42,434 bases of DNA from Eubacteriales bacterium (GCA_045588595.1 JAZNEM010000024.1:1-42434), one strand, 5' to 3'. Positions 1-9,668 are shown, counted from the first letter of the stretch. Translations and numbers: made by a program. Notes: generated by a model not told the origin, from the sequence alone.

Positions 1-78
1 TTGGAGGAAGATTACGCCAGCGATCAAATCAGCATAAAAGAATATACCGACCCGTTTACGGGTAGCAAGAATAAGTAG
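1..78 (+). CDS. 3' end of an unidentified CDS (partial, enters from upstream of the window)
   Basis: Frame 1 is open from base 1 to TAG at 76-78 (LEEDYASDQISIKEYTDPFTGSKNK*). It is too short to assign a family. Confidence 0.35.
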   Translation: MEEDYASDQISIKEYTDPFTGSKNK

Positions 79-81
79 GCA

Positions 82-110
82 TAAAAAAGACAGCCGCACG
101 TGAGCGGCTG
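82..110 (-). terminator. GC-rich hairpin with a U-tract only when read on the minus strand
   Basis: CAGCCGC (91-97) / loop ACGTGA / GCGGCTG (104-110). The + strand has AAAAAAGA just upstream and no T-run downstream, so it reads as an intrinsic terminator only on the minus strand. Confidence 0.35.
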
Positions 111-191
111 CCTGAGATTGTAATGCGATGTCAAACTTTCTGTGCCCCTTTTAGGGGTTAAGCCTGTATTTGCACCTTATAGGGGCTGTGC

Positions 192-229
192 AAACCACCG
201 GTTGAACCGGTGGTTTTGATTATTTTTTT
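192..229 (+). terminator. Intrinsic terminator (probably ends the upstream transcript)
   Basis: AAACCACCGG (192-201) pairs with CCGGTGGTTT (207-216), giving an 11-12 bp stem. It is followed by TGATTATTTTTTT. Confidence 0.7.
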
Positions 230-260
230 AAAGTTGGCGCACAAATCTCTGAAAAAACTA

Positions 261-289
261 TTGAAATTTATATTATAATATGATATAAT
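261..289 (+). promoter_or_regulatory. Sigma-A type promoter of cdaA
   Basis: TTGAAA (261-266), 17-nt spacer, TGa-TATAAT (281-289, extended -10). Confidence 0.7.
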
Positions 290-341
290 ATTAAATAACT
301 ATAACTTGCAATACAAGCCTTTTACAAAAGGAGGAACAAAT

Positions 342-1238
342 ATGCTTACGTTAGACGCTTTGTGGATATATGTTAAAGATTTTTTTCAAGAATACGTTAT
401 AAATACAGCCAAAAGCATGGAGTGGAAAGATGCTATCGATATCATATTGCTTTCTGCTATATTTTTCTTCTTGTATCGTTTTATACGCGATCGAAGAGCG
501 GGAAAGCTTCTTATGGGACTTGCGTTCGTTTTCGTGCTTACGATACTTGCAGAAGCCGTTGAGTTCAGCGCCACCCGCTTTATTTTCAGCGACTTCAGAC
601 AGCTCGGAGTTATCGCTATATTGATAATTTTTCAGCCCGAGCTTCGTTCGGCACTCGAAAAGGTCGGCGGAACTCCACTTTCGGGGCTAAAAAACATAAC
701 GTCTGAATCGAAAGACCTTGCCACCATAAACGCGGAAATAGACGCTATATGTACGGCGGCAAGCGATCTTTCAAGAGAAAAGGTAGGAGCTCTTATCGTT
801 ATCGAGCGTTCTACAAAGCTTGGAGAGTATATCAAATCGGGCGTTCTCGTAGATGCCGTTATCTCTCCCCATATCTTGCGAAATCTGTTCTTTAATAAAG
901 CACCGTTGCACGACGGAGCGGTAATTATAAGAAACAGCCGTATATGCGCGGCGGGCTGCTTCTTGCCCCTGTCAACCAAAGAGGATATAGATAAAGATCT
1001 CGGAACGCGTCATCGCGCGGCAATCGGAATGTCCGAGGCAAGTGACGCGGTCGTTATCATCGTTTCGGAGGAAACGGGAACGATATCGCTTTCGGTTGAC
1101 GGAAATCTAAAACGCAATTACAATTACAGATCGCTAAAGCAAGAGCTTAACGGTTTGCTGATCTCTCAGATCGCCGAGGATATCGATGGCAAGCGTAAGC
1201 ATCAAGCGAAGCATCAAAAGAAAAAAGACGATCGATAA
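342..1238 (+). CDS. cdaA: Diadenylate cyclase CdaA (membrane-bound, DisA_N/DAC domain)
   Basis: Three N-terminal TM helices are followed by DAC motifs (HDGAVIIRN, GTRHRAAIGMSE). AAGGAGG at 329-335 sits 6 nt before ATG 342. The track start at TTG 306 has no SD. Confidence 0.9.
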   Translation: MLTLDALWIYVKDFFQEYVINTAKSMEWKDAIDIILLSAIFFFLYRFIRDRRAGKLLMGLAFVFVLTILAEAVEFSATRFIFSDFRQLGVIAILIIFQPELRSALEKVGGTPLSGLKNITSESKDLATINAEIDAICTAASDLSREKVGALIVIERSTKLGEYIKSGVLVDAVISPHILRNLFFNKAPLHDGAVIIRNSRICAAGCFLPLSTKEDIDKDLGTRHRAAIGMSEASDAVVIIVSEETGTISLSVDGNLKRNYNYRSLKQELNGLLISQIAEDIDGKRKHQAKHQKKKDDR

Positions 1239-1267
1239 AGCACTTTATTCAAAGATCGGAGGAAACA

Positions 1268-1483
1268 ATGGCAAATTCAGTCGAAAAAGAAAACGTATAT
1301 GACGATGGCAGTTACGTTGTAAAGAAAAGTCGTAAGCATAATATATTGGCTTTTATAATTTGTCTCCTCGTGGCTTTTGTGGTTTGGCTGTACGCCGCAA
1401 ACGCAGAGCGGGAAGAGAACAATCAAAAAGAAAATGAAGGCACTCAGACAGTAGTAACGACAGATACGTCAGAAGCAAACTGA
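1268..1483 (+). CDS. Small single-pass membrane protein (71 aa) in the position normally held by cdaR
   Basis: GGAGG at 1258-1262 precedes ATG 1268. There is one TM helix (NILAFIICLLVAFVVWLYAA) followed by an acidic/polar tail. No YbbR repeats are present. Confidence 0.55.
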   Translation: MANSVEKENVYDDGSYVVKKSRKHNILAFIICLLVAFVVWLYAANAEREENNQKENEGTQTVVTTDTSEAN

Positions 1484-1495
1484 CGGAGGTGTTTT

Positions 1496-3133
1496 GTGTC
1501 TTTAAAAACTTCGGATTTTGTAGCAGGCGTTTTGGTGGGAGGCATAAGCCTTCCCCCTGATGCCGACGGATCGGAAGCGTGCGCTGTGTGCGCTTCCGAA
1601 TTAAAGCGTGCAGGGTTAGACCCTGCACAACTTCATTTTGAAGTTTCAAAAAGATCGGTCGATGCGAGAAAGAAAAACGACGTTCGCATAGTGTGGTCTG
1701 TATCCGCAAGATTTTCAGAACCGCGACGACTACGTTTTCCGCTAAAGTGCCGATATAACGTAACTCCGCTTCGGGATGAGAAGCTTGAAATAAAAATAGG
1801 CGAGGAAAAATGCTCCTTGCCTCCGCTTGTTGTCGGTATGGGACCCGCGGGACTGTTTTGCGCTCTGCTTTTGGCAGAGAACGGATACCGTCCCATACTT
1901 ATAGACCGCGGAGATAACGTATATGCGCGAGTAAAGAAGCATGAAGCGTTCGTAAAATTCGGTGTTCTCGATACCGAATCAAATATACAGTTCGGCGCGG
2001 GCGGTGCGGGAACGTTTTCCGACGGAAAGCTTTTGACGAGAATAAACGATCCGAAAATATCGTACGTTCTTAATCGTTTTTGCGATTTCGGAGCTCCCGA
2101 GGATATACTCATTGCGGCAAAACCGCATATAGGAACAGACCTTTTGTGCGGTATCGTTGACCGAATGATAGCGCGTGTGGAGGAGCTCGGCGGAAGCGTG
2201 CGTTACCGTTGCCGACTTGACGGCATAAAGCGCATGAGCGACGGTAATATAGAGGTAAATACAAATAACGGTGATATAGCTTGTTCTTCGGTGGTTTTAG
2301 CCACGGGGCATAGCGCAAGAGATACTTACTCTATGCTTATGCGCTCCGGCTTTTGCGTTGAAGCAAAGCCATTCTCGGTTGGCGTTCGTATAGAGCACAA
2401 GCGTGAGGATATAGATACCGCGTTATACGGAAAATTTGCGGGGCACGAGCGTGTTGGAAAGGGAGAATATCATCTTTCCGATACTACGTCGGGCAGAGGA
2501 GTATATACCTTTTGTATGTGCCCAGGAGGCGAGGTCGTTGCCGCCGCGTCCGAAGAGGGCGGCGTTGTCGTTAACGGCATGAGCCGATTCGCGCGAGACG
2601 GAAGAAATTCTAACTCGGCAGTTGCTGTCTCTGTCCGTCCTACCGATTTTGACGGTACGCCTACGGGTGCTATCGAATTTCAAAGGAAACTGGAGCGCGC
2701 GGCATTCGTCGCGGGCGGTGGCGAATATTACGCGCCTATGCAGACGGTGGGAGATCTTTTGAACGGTACTTTCGGTACAGATCCTACCGATATTTTACCA
2801 ACTTATCGCGACGGAAAGGTAAAGCTTGCGGATCTGAACGAGGTGCTGCCACCGTTCGTTACAGACGAGCTTCGCCGCGGACTTGTATCTTTTGATAAAA
2901 AATTGCATGGCTTCGCAAAGTCTTCAGCTATTCTTTGCGGAGTTGAGAGCAGAACCTCAGCTCCCGTAAGGATCATGAGAGAAGAATCTCTCGTTGCAAA
3001 AGGAATGGACAAAGTATATCCTTGCGGTGAGGGCGCGGGATATGCGGGCGGTATTACGAGTGCCGCCGTTGACGGATTGCGAGTTGCTCTTGCTATTATG
3101 GGGCGCTTCGCACCGTGGAGAGAACAAGCCTGA
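1496..3133 (+). CDS. FAD-dependent dehydrogenase (COG2509-like, uncharacterised NAD(FAD)-utilising family)
   Basis: Rossmann dinucleotide motif VVGMGPAGLFCALLLAENG. The length and C-terminal GEGAGYAGGI motif are typical of this family. GTG start with GGAGG at 1485-1489. Confidence 0.8.
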   Translation: MSLKTSDFVAGVLVGGISLPPDADGSEACAVCASELKRAGLDPAQLHFEVSKRSVDARKKNDVRIVWSVSARFSEPRRLRFPLKCRYNVTPLRDEKLEIKIGEEKCSLPPLVVGMGPAGLFCALLLAENGYRPILIDRGDNVYARVKKHEAFVKFGVLDTESNIQFGAGGAGTFSDGKLLTRINDPKISYVLNRFCDFGAPEDILIAAKPHIGTDLLCGIVDRMIARVEELGGSVRYRCRLDGIKRMSDGNIEVNTNNGDIACSSVVLATGHSARDTYSMLMRSGFCVEAKPFSVGVRIEHKREDIDTALYGKFAGHERVGKGEYHLSDTTSGRGVYTFCMCPGGEVVAAASEEGGVVVNGMSRFARDGRNSNSAVAVSVRPTDFDGTPTGAIEFQRKLERAAFVAGGGEYYAPMQTVGDLLNGTFGTDPTDILPTYRDGKVKLADLNEVLPPFVTDELRRGLVSFDKKLHGFAKSSAILCGVESRTSAPVRIMREESLVAKGMDKVYPCGEGAGYAGGITSAAVDGLRVALAIMGRFAPWREQA

Positions 3134-3166
3134 ATTTCGGGCAAATGAATGAATCGAGGTAAACCC

Positions 3167-5389
3167 ATGAGGGAAAAGAAAAGCGAGAAGGTTTGGGAAT
3201 GTAAATATACCTTCGGCGATGAAGTGACGGACGGTAAGATAAAACAGCTTGCTCAAGAAATGAGCATTTCTGAAAAATTTGCCGTTCTGTTATACAACAG
3301 AGGATATCGCACTTCCGAAAAAGCAGAGCGCTTTCTAAAATATCAGGAAAGCGATTTTCATGACCCATATCTTCTTGCCGATATGGAAAAGGCAGTAAAC
3401 AGAATCTTGTTGGCTGTTGAAAATAAAGAAAAAATATGTATTTACGGTGACTACGATGTAGACGGTGTTACGTCGGTCAGTATGTTTTATCTGTATTTGA
3501 AGAAGCTCGGTGCAGACGTAAGCTTCCGTATTCCCAAGCGTGAGGGTGAGGGCTACGGTGTTTCTTGTATGGCGGTCGAGCAGCTTGCGAACGAAGGCGT
3601 AAATTTGATAATCACGGTAGATACGGGAATCACCGCAAATGATGAGGTGAAATATGCATCGACGCTTGGCGTTGATTTCGTTATAACCGACCACCACGAA
3701 TGTCGCAGCGAGCTTCCTTTAGCTTGTGCCGTAGTAAATCCGCACAGACCTGACTGTGAGTATCCTTTCAAGGATCTTGCGGGCGTAGGCGTTGTATTTA
3801 AGGTCATTTGTGCTTGCGAGATAAGACAGTGCTTGAAAAACGGAACACCGATACTTGACGGAATCAAACACGTAACTTATGAGTATTCCGATCTTGCGGC
3901 AGTCGGAACGGTTGCCGACGTTATGCCTGTTATAGACGAAAACAGACTTATCATCAGCATGGGACTTTCGCGTATGGAAAAGGCTTGCCGTCCCGGACTT
4001 GAGGCGTTGATAGATGCGTCGTCAACGAAAAAGAATCAAGATGCTTCGCCAAAGAAGCGAAAAATGACATCAAGAATGATAGGCTTTGGAATAGCTCCCC
4101 GTATAAACGCGGCGGGAAGAATAAGCGACGCTACGATAGCGGTAAAGCTTTTACTTGAAGAAAACAAAGAAAAAGCCGCAGAATACGCGGAGGAGCTTTG
4201 TGAGATAAACAGAAAGCGTCAGTATGAGGAAAACAGGGTTGCCGCACAGGCATATGATATGATAGAAAACGATCCTACCATTGACAACGACCTTGTTATA
4301 GTGCTTGAAAGTAACGATTGGCAGCAGGGCATAATAGGTATCGTTTCTTCCCGAATTACCGAGAAATACGGTCTGCCGTCTATTTTGGTATCCTTCCGCG
4401 GTTCAATGATAGGCGGAGAAGAACATGATATGGACGACGGAAAGGGAAGCGGAAGAAGCGTTAAGGGCATGAATCTTGTTGGCGCGCTTACTGCTTGTGA
4501 GGATCTTCTCGTGAAATATGGCGGACATGAGCTTGCGGCAGGACTTACCGTTAAACGTGCGTGTCTTCCCGAATTCCGCGAAAAAATAAACGAATACGCC
4601 AAAGAACATCTCACCGAGGATATATTCCGCATACATATGGAAGCGGATTGCGAATTGGATATGCGCGATCTTACTATGGAGCTTGCGCAGGAGATCATGT
4701 TGCTTGAACCTTGCGGAACAAGTAACGCGACGGGAAATCCCACGCCTGCGTTTATTATGCGAAACGTAAACGTAAAGCGTGTTACACACACCAGAGACGG
4801 AAACCATACTATCCTTCAGTTAGAGCAAAATGGAGCGTTCGTTACGGGTATGTATTACGGTGTAGGTGCAACAGAGCTCGGATTTGAAGCGGGAGATAGC
4901 GTAGATCTTTTCTTTAACGTAGAGATAAACGATTACAAGAATATATGCAGCGTTCAAATAATAGTTAAGGACGCGCGTCTTGCTCAAGATTTCGTTGATG
5001 TTATCAACAGCGAAAAAATACGTTACGAGGAGATAAGACAGGGGGGAGAGTTTTTGTCATCGGAAGCTATAATTCCAGACAGAAACGATTTTGCGCGTGT
5101 ATATACTATGTTGCGTCGTGAATATAGAAACGGAAACGGTATATTAGATCTTAGGGGAATGATGCGCCTTGTAAATCATTCCGAGGAAGAGCCGATAAAT
5201 TATACAAAATTCAAATATATATTGCGTATCTTGAACGAGCTTAAGATATGCGAGGTAGAAGAGCTTAACGACGATATTTACAGCTTTAGCGTTGCCTTTA
5301 ACGCAACGAAGACGAATATTGAGAAATCCTCTATCTTGCGAAAGCTTAAGAGTCAATGCTCCGATCGTATCCATAAAGACGCGCAGTAA
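3167..5389 (+). CDS. recJ: Single-stranded-DNA-specific exonuclease RecJ
   Basis: DHH motifs (IYGDYDVDGVTS, ITVDTG, ITDHHE) and the DHHA1 region (GGHELAAG). SD CGAGGT at 3155-3160 favours ATG 3167 over ATG 3149. Confidence 0.9.
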   Translation: MREKKSEKVWECKYTFGDEVTDGKIKQLAQEMSISEKFAVLLYNRGYRTSEKAERFLKYQESDFHDPYLLADMEKAVNRILLAVENKEKICIYGDYDVDGVTSVSMFYLYLKKLGADVSFRIPKREGEGYGVSCMAVEQLANEGVNLIITVDTGITANDEVKYASTLGVDFVITDHHECRSELPLACAVVNPHRPDCEYPFKDLAGVGVVFKVICACEIRQCLKNGTPILDGIKHVTYEYSDLAAVGTVADVMPVIDENRLIISMGLSRMEKACRPGLEALIDASSTKKNQDASPKKRKMTSRMIGFGIAPRINAAGRISDATIAVKLLLEENKEKAAEYAEELCEINRKRQYEENRVAAQAYDMIENDPTIDNDLVIVLESNDWQQGIIGIVSSRITEKYGLPSILVSFRGSMIGGEEHDMDDGKGSGRSVKGMNLVGALTACEDLLVKYGGHELAAGLTVKRACLPEFREKINEYAKEHLTEDIFRIHMEADCELDMRDLTMELAQEIMLLEPCGTSNATGNPTPAFIMRNVNVKRVTHTRDGNHTILQLEQNGAFVTGMYYGVGATELGFEAGDSVDLFFNVEINDYKNICSVQIIVKDARLAQDFVDVINSEKIRYEEIRQGGEFLSSEAIIPDRNDFARVYTMLRREYRNGNGILDLRGMMRLVNHSEEEPINYTKFKYILRILNELKICEVEELNDDIYSFSVAFNATKTNIEKSSILRKLKSQCSDRIHKDAQ

Positions 5390-5424
5390 TGCAGAGATAA
5401 TCTTACAAAGGGCGGTGAAATACT

Positions 5425-7647
5425 GTGTCGACCGAAAATACAAATTATATTGATGGATTGATAAAAAAACTCGAAGCATCGGGTAAAAATTATGATATAG
5501 AAAAAATAACTCAAGCGGCAAAATACGCTGAGGCTTTGCATGAGGGGCAGTTCCGCGTTAGCGGAGAGCCTTATATATGCCATCCGATAGCGGTTGCCGA
5601 AATAGCCGCAGGACTTGGACTTGATACCAATTCCATTTGTGCCGCTCTGTTGCATGATACGGTCGAGGACTGCTCGGACAAGACAGATCTTGTACAGATA
5701 GAAAAGATGTTCGGCGATGAGGTCGCTATGCTCGTTGACGGCTTGACAAAGCTTGTTACTTTATATATAGAAGATAAAGAGGAAGCTCATATCGAGAATC
5801 TTCGAAAGATGCTTCTAGCCATGTCAAAGGACGTGCGAGTAATATTTATAAAGCTTTGTGACCGCTTGCATAACATGAGAACGCTTGATGTTAAGCCCGA
5901 TCCCAAACGTCGTTCTACAGCACTTGAAACGATGTACGTTTACGCACCTCTTGCGCACAGACTCGGAATACAGAAAATAAAGCAGGAGCTTGAAAATCTG
6001 TGTATCTCGTATCTTGACCCGATAGGTTATGCGGAGATAGAAAACTATATCGAAGAAAAATACGGTGAGAGCGTAGGATTTATCGAAAACGTTCGTTCTA
6101 TCGTAGATCAGAAGCTTACTGAGAACAATATAAACTTTACCTTGAAGGGCCGTATAAAATCGGTATATAGCATTTACCGTAAAATGTTCAATCAGAACAA
6201 GAGCTTTGATGAGATATACGATTTTTACGCTATGCGTATAATCGTTGATACCGAGCTTGAATGCTATACGGCGCTTGGACTTATCCACGAGATGTTCAAG
6301 TCTGTTCCCGGACGCTTTAAGGACTATATATCCACGCCAAAGCCTAACCTTTACCGTTCGTTGCATACCACTGTAATCGGAAGCGATGGAATACCATTTG
6401 AGGTTCAGATACGTACGTGGGATATGCATCATATTGCGGAATACGGTGTGGCGGCACATTGGAAATATAAGAGCGGTGAGAGATCAAACGAAGATATCGA
6501 TAAAAAGCTTGAGTGGATATCAAGACTTGTAGAGACCGAGAATGAGACTCAAGACCCCGATGAGTTCCTTAACGCTATCAAGACCGACATTTTTCACGAT
6601 GAGATATTTGTGTTTACGCCTAAAGGAGACGTAATAGCACTTCCGCACGGTTCGACAGTTATCGACTTTGCTTACGCAATACATTCGGGAGTAGGAAACT
6701 CCATGATAGGTGCAAAGATAAACGGAATGATAGTGCCTATCGACAGAGTTCCCGAAAACGGAGAGATAGTAGAGATACTTACGTCCTCGGCATCGAAAGG
6801 ACCAAGCCGCGATTGGCTTAACATCGTAAAAACAAGTGAAGCTAAAACCAAGATACGAAATTGGTTTAAGAAGGAAAAACGCGCTGATAATATCGTTGCC
6901 GGAAAGGCAATGGTGGATACAGAATTCAAGCGTTGGACAAGACCTTATACCGAAACACAGAGAAACGAGATAGTAGGTATCGTTGGACAACGTCTTGGCT
7001 TTATGAGCGCTGACGACGTATACAATACGCTTGGATACGGCGGAGTGTCCATGTCAAAGCTTGCAGGCAAGCTTCACGATGAATTTGAAAAGACTATACG
7101 CATTTCCGAAGCAGAGCCGGCAAAGGAAGAGCTTACTGTAGATCAAGTAAAGACTACGACAGTTCCAAAGCATCTTAAATCGAACGGCGGTATAGTAGTT
7201 GACGGAGAATACGGTTGCATGGTCAAATATGCCCGTTGCTGTAATCCGCTTCCTGGGGATGACGTTATAGGATTCATTACAAAGGGTTATGGAATTTCTA
7301 TTCATAAATCAGATTGTCCTAATGTTGCTCTTGGCAGGAAGAACCCCGAAAATGAATCGAGATGGGTAGAGGCTCATTGGGAAACTACAAGCTCGAACGA
7401 ACAGAGAATGTACGAGGCAGCTTTAACTGTACATGTACTTGACCGCTTGGGAATAGTTGCTGATATATCTGTTGCTCTGTCGGATATGAAGGTGTTCTTG
7501 TTGCAGATAAATACGGTAAAGAGTGCGGCGAATATTTCTATAATAAATCTTAAGATAAGCTGTAAAAACGTTGATCATTATCATTCTATCGTTAGCCGTC
7601 TTAAAGCTATCGATGGTGTAACAGATGTTATAAGAGGTTTTACCTAA
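5425..7647 (+). CDS. relA: Bifunctional (p)ppGpp synthetase/hydrolase Rel (RelA/SpoT homologue)
   Basis: HD hydrolase motif (LLHDTVED), synthetase motifs (RIKSVYSIYRKM, YRSLHTTV), and TGS and ACT-like C-terminal regions. GTG start. Confidence 0.93.
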   Translation: MSTENTNYIDGLIKKLEASGKNYDIEKITQAAKYAEALHEGQFRVSGEPYICHPIAVAEIAAGLGLDTNSICAALLHDTVEDCSDKTDLVQIEKMFGDEVAMLVDGLTKLVTLYIEDKEEAHIENLRKMLLAMSKDVRVIFIKLCDRLHNMRTLDVKPDPKRRSTALETMYVYAPLAHRLGIQKIKQELENLCISYLDPIGYAEIENYIEEKYGESVGFIENVRSIVDQKLTENNINFTLKGRIKSVYSIYRKMFNQNKSFDEIYDFYAMRIIVDTELECYTALGLIHEMFKSVPGRFKDYISTPKPNLYRSLHTTVIGSDGIPFEVQIRTWDMHHIAEYGVAAHWKYKSGERSNEDIDKKLEWISRLVETENETQDPDEFLNAIKTDIFHDEIFVFTPKGDVIALPHGSTVIDFAYAIHSGVGNSMIGAKINGMIVPIDRVPENGEIVEILTSSASKGPSRDWLNIVKTSEAKTKIRNWFKKEKRADNIVAGKAMVDTEFKRWTRPYTETQRNEIVGIVGQRLGFMSADDVYNTLGYGGVSMSKLAGKLHDEFEKTIRISEAEPAKEELTVDQVKTTTVPKHLKSNGGIVVDGEYGCMVKYARCCNPLPGDDVIGFITKGYGISIHKSDCPNVALGRKNPENESRWVEAHWETTSSNEQRMYEAALTVHVLDRLGIVADISVALSDMKVFLLQINTVKSAANISIINLKISCKNVDHYHSIVSRLKAIDGVTDVIRGFT

Positions 7648-7672
7648 TACGTAAAAAACAGGAGATATATTT

Positions 7673-8146
7673 ATGATAGCAGTGCTTCAAAGAGTGAAAA
7701 GAGCATCGGTAAGAGTAGACGGAGAGAGCGTTGGTGCTTGTGAAAAGGGAATATGTATTCTGCTTGGAGTGGCTCGCGGTGATACTGAAGAGGATGCTAT
7801 CGCTCTTGCTAATAAGATAGTTGGATTGCGGATATTTACCGACGAAAACGACAAAATGAATCTCTCAATACAGGATATTGACGGAGAGATGCTCGTTGTT
7901 TCTAACTTTACTCTCCTCGCGTCTTATAAAAAGGGAAAGCGCCCCGATTATATAAACGCCGCGCCTCCCGAAGAAGCGGAAAGACTTTATAAGTATTTCA
8001 CAGAGCTTTGTTTAAATAGCGTAAGACGGGTTGAGAACGGAATTTTTGGTGCTGAAATGGAGCTTGAGATAATAAACGACGGTCCTGTTACCATAGTAAT
8101 GGACAGCAACGTGCTTTTGCGTAAGGCAGAAGCAAAAAACATTTAA
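7673..8146 (+). CDS. dtd: D-aminoacyl-tRNA deacylase
   Basis: MIAVLQRV... N-terminus, SNFTL and the GPVT motif near the C-terminus. SD AGGAG at 7661-7665. Confidence 0.92.
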   Translation: MIAVLQRVKRASVRVDGESVGACEKGICILLGVARGDTEEDAIALANKIVGLRIFTDENDKMNLSIQDIDGEMLVVSNFTLLASYKKGKRPDYINAAPPEEAERLYKYFTELCLNSVRRVENGIFGAEMELEIINDGPVTIVMDSNVLLRKAEAKNI

Positions 8147-8168
8147 ATTCGGAATTTGGAGAAAGTTT

Positions 8169-9668
8169 ATGAAGATCATACTTGATTCCCCGATAAATAA
8201 ATATTATGTGCAAACGCTTGGAATGATATTTTTCCCTGGTGAGCATTTCGGTAAGGACAAAGAGCAGGATGATAATACCGAAGTTCCGTCTTTATATGTA
8301 AAAAGTACACAGGAAGAAAACGGGATCCGCTCGTACGCAAAGGTTACGCTTGGCGAAAAAACAAATGACGCAGAGTATTTTGCGGAGTTTCTTGATACCA
8401 GAACAGAGGAGCGTACTCTAAAGCTTGCGGTCGGAGGCTCAGTTCTTGCCGCCATAGGAGGTTTGATGGGATACAGACCTGCTTGGGGAATGCTTATAGG
8501 CGTTCGTCCGTCTAAGGTCGCGTCCGAGATGCTTGATAAGGGAATGAGCAAGACCCGTGTAAAAAAGCATCTCAATTCAGATTATTTGGTTATTCCCAAA
8601 AAAGCGGCTTTAGCTACCGATATAGCGGTTGCGGAAAAGAAAATAGTAGGAGCATCTTCCGTTAAGGATTGCAGTGTGTATATTTCTATACCGTTTTGCC
8701 CGTCAAGATGCACGTATTGTTCATTCGTTTCATATACTTCTAAAAGACTTCTTGACCTCATTCCTCAATACTTGAAAAGATTAAAGCTCGATATTCGCTC
8801 TAATTTTGAGCTTATAAAACAGCTTGGACTTCGTGTGCGCACAGTTTATATAGGCGGAGGAACGCCTACTATTTTAGATGAGGTTCAGCTTCGCGACCTT
8901 CTTTCGTTTATTTCAAAGCAGACGGACGTTTCACTTTTGGACGAATATACGCTTGAAGCGGGAAGACCGGATACCATTACCGAGGAAAAATTCCGTATAG
9001 CAAAGGAATACGGAGTCACGCGTGTAAGCGTAAATCCGCAGAGCCTTTCGGACGACGTTTTAAAGGGCATAGGAAGAAAGCATACGGCAGAGGACTTTTA
9101 CACGGCGTTTGAGGCGGCGGTAAAAAGCGATATAAAGACGATAAACGTTGACCTCATCGCAGGACTTCCGGGAGATAATTTCCGCAGATTTTCCAATACT
9201 GTCGATAATATAATAGCGCTTGGACCGCAAAATATAACCGTGCATACCTTCTGCGTAAAAAAGGCTGCGGATATACTTCGCAGTAACGCACAGATATACT
9301 CGGCAAGCGGCGGAGACGTTGGAAAATGCGTTGATTATTCCCAGATAAAAACAAGACAAGCGGGATATATGCCGTATTATATGTATAGGCAAAAAAATAC
9401 AGTGGGAAACTATGAGAACGTAGGTTTTTCACTTGAGGGTCACGAAGGCTTGTATAACATTTATATGATGGAAGAGATACATTCGATATTCGCAGCGGGA
9501 GCGGGAGCTGTAACAAAGCTCGTTGACTGCGTGGGCACGACAAATAATAAGCGAACGATAGAAAGACTCTTTAATCAAAAATATCCGTATGAATATTTGG
9601 ATGAGGACAGAAGCGCGGCTTTCAGAGATGCGGCAATAAAATTTTATACCGATAGAGAAATGCTGTGA
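8169..9668 (+). CDS. hemZ: HemZ-like oxygen-independent coproporphyrinogen-III-oxidase family radical SAM protein
   Basis: CxxxCxxC cluster motif (CPSRCTYCSF) after an N-terminal extension of about 170 aa. At about 500 aa it matches the HemZ class, and the rel-dtd-hemZ neighbourhood is common in Clostridia. Confidence 0.8.
   Translation: MKIILDSPINKYYVQTLGMIFFPGEHFGKDKEQDDNTEVPSLYVKSTQEENGIRSYAKVTLGEKTNDAEYFAEFLDTRTEERTLKLAVGGSVLAAIGGLMGYRPAWGMLIGVRPSKVASEMLDKGMSKTRVKKHLNSDYLVIPKKAALATDIAVAEKKIVGASSVKDCSVYISIPFCPSRCTYCSFVSYTSKRLLDLIPQYLKRLKLDIRSNFELIKQLGLRVRTVYIGGGTPTILDEVQLRDLLSFISKQTDVSLLDEYTLEAGRPDTITEEKFRIAKEYGVTRVSVNPQSLSDDVLKGIGRKHTAEDFYTAFEAAVKSDIKTINVDLIAGLPGDNFRRFSNTVDNIIALGPQNITVHTFCVKKAADILRSNAQIYSASGGDVGKCVDYSQIKTRQAGYMPYYMYRQKNTVGNYENVGFSLEGHEGLYNIYMMEEIHSIFAAGAGAVTKLVDCVGTTNNKRTIERLFNQKYPYEYLDEDRSAAFRDAAIKFYTDREML

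Noticed and set aside
111-190. Possible known riboswitch (CTGAGA at 112-117 is reminiscent of the TPP element) upstream of cdaA.
   Set aside because: The other TPP-box elements are missing, and I could not match any riboswitch class from memory. The element also lies upstream of, not downstream of, the cdaA promoter. It is kept only as an unclassified structured region in the findings.
306-341. Upstream-extended starts given by the ORF track: 306 for cdaA, 3149 recJ, 10709 flippase, 16827 glgC, 18073 glgD, 19272 glgA, 20781 glgP, 27958 pgeF, 31043 lipoprotein and 33524 regulator.
   Set aside because: In each case an internal ATG a few codons downstream has a properly spaced Shine-Dalgarno and matches the canonical family N-terminus. 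Several of the extensions would also cover promoter or terminator elements.
3167-5389. The DHH/DHHA1 protein between cdaA and rel could be a c-di-AMP/pApA phosphodiesterase, forming a second-messenger island.
   Set aside because: Its length (740 aa), motif set and C-terminal OB-like region fit a bona fide RecJ exonuclease, not GdpP or NrnA. The recJ-rel-dtd order is ordinary clostridial synteny.
5824-6459. A 211-aa ORF antisense to rel.
   Set aside because: It is a shadow ORF inside a strongly conserved gene, with no start context and no recognisable motifs.
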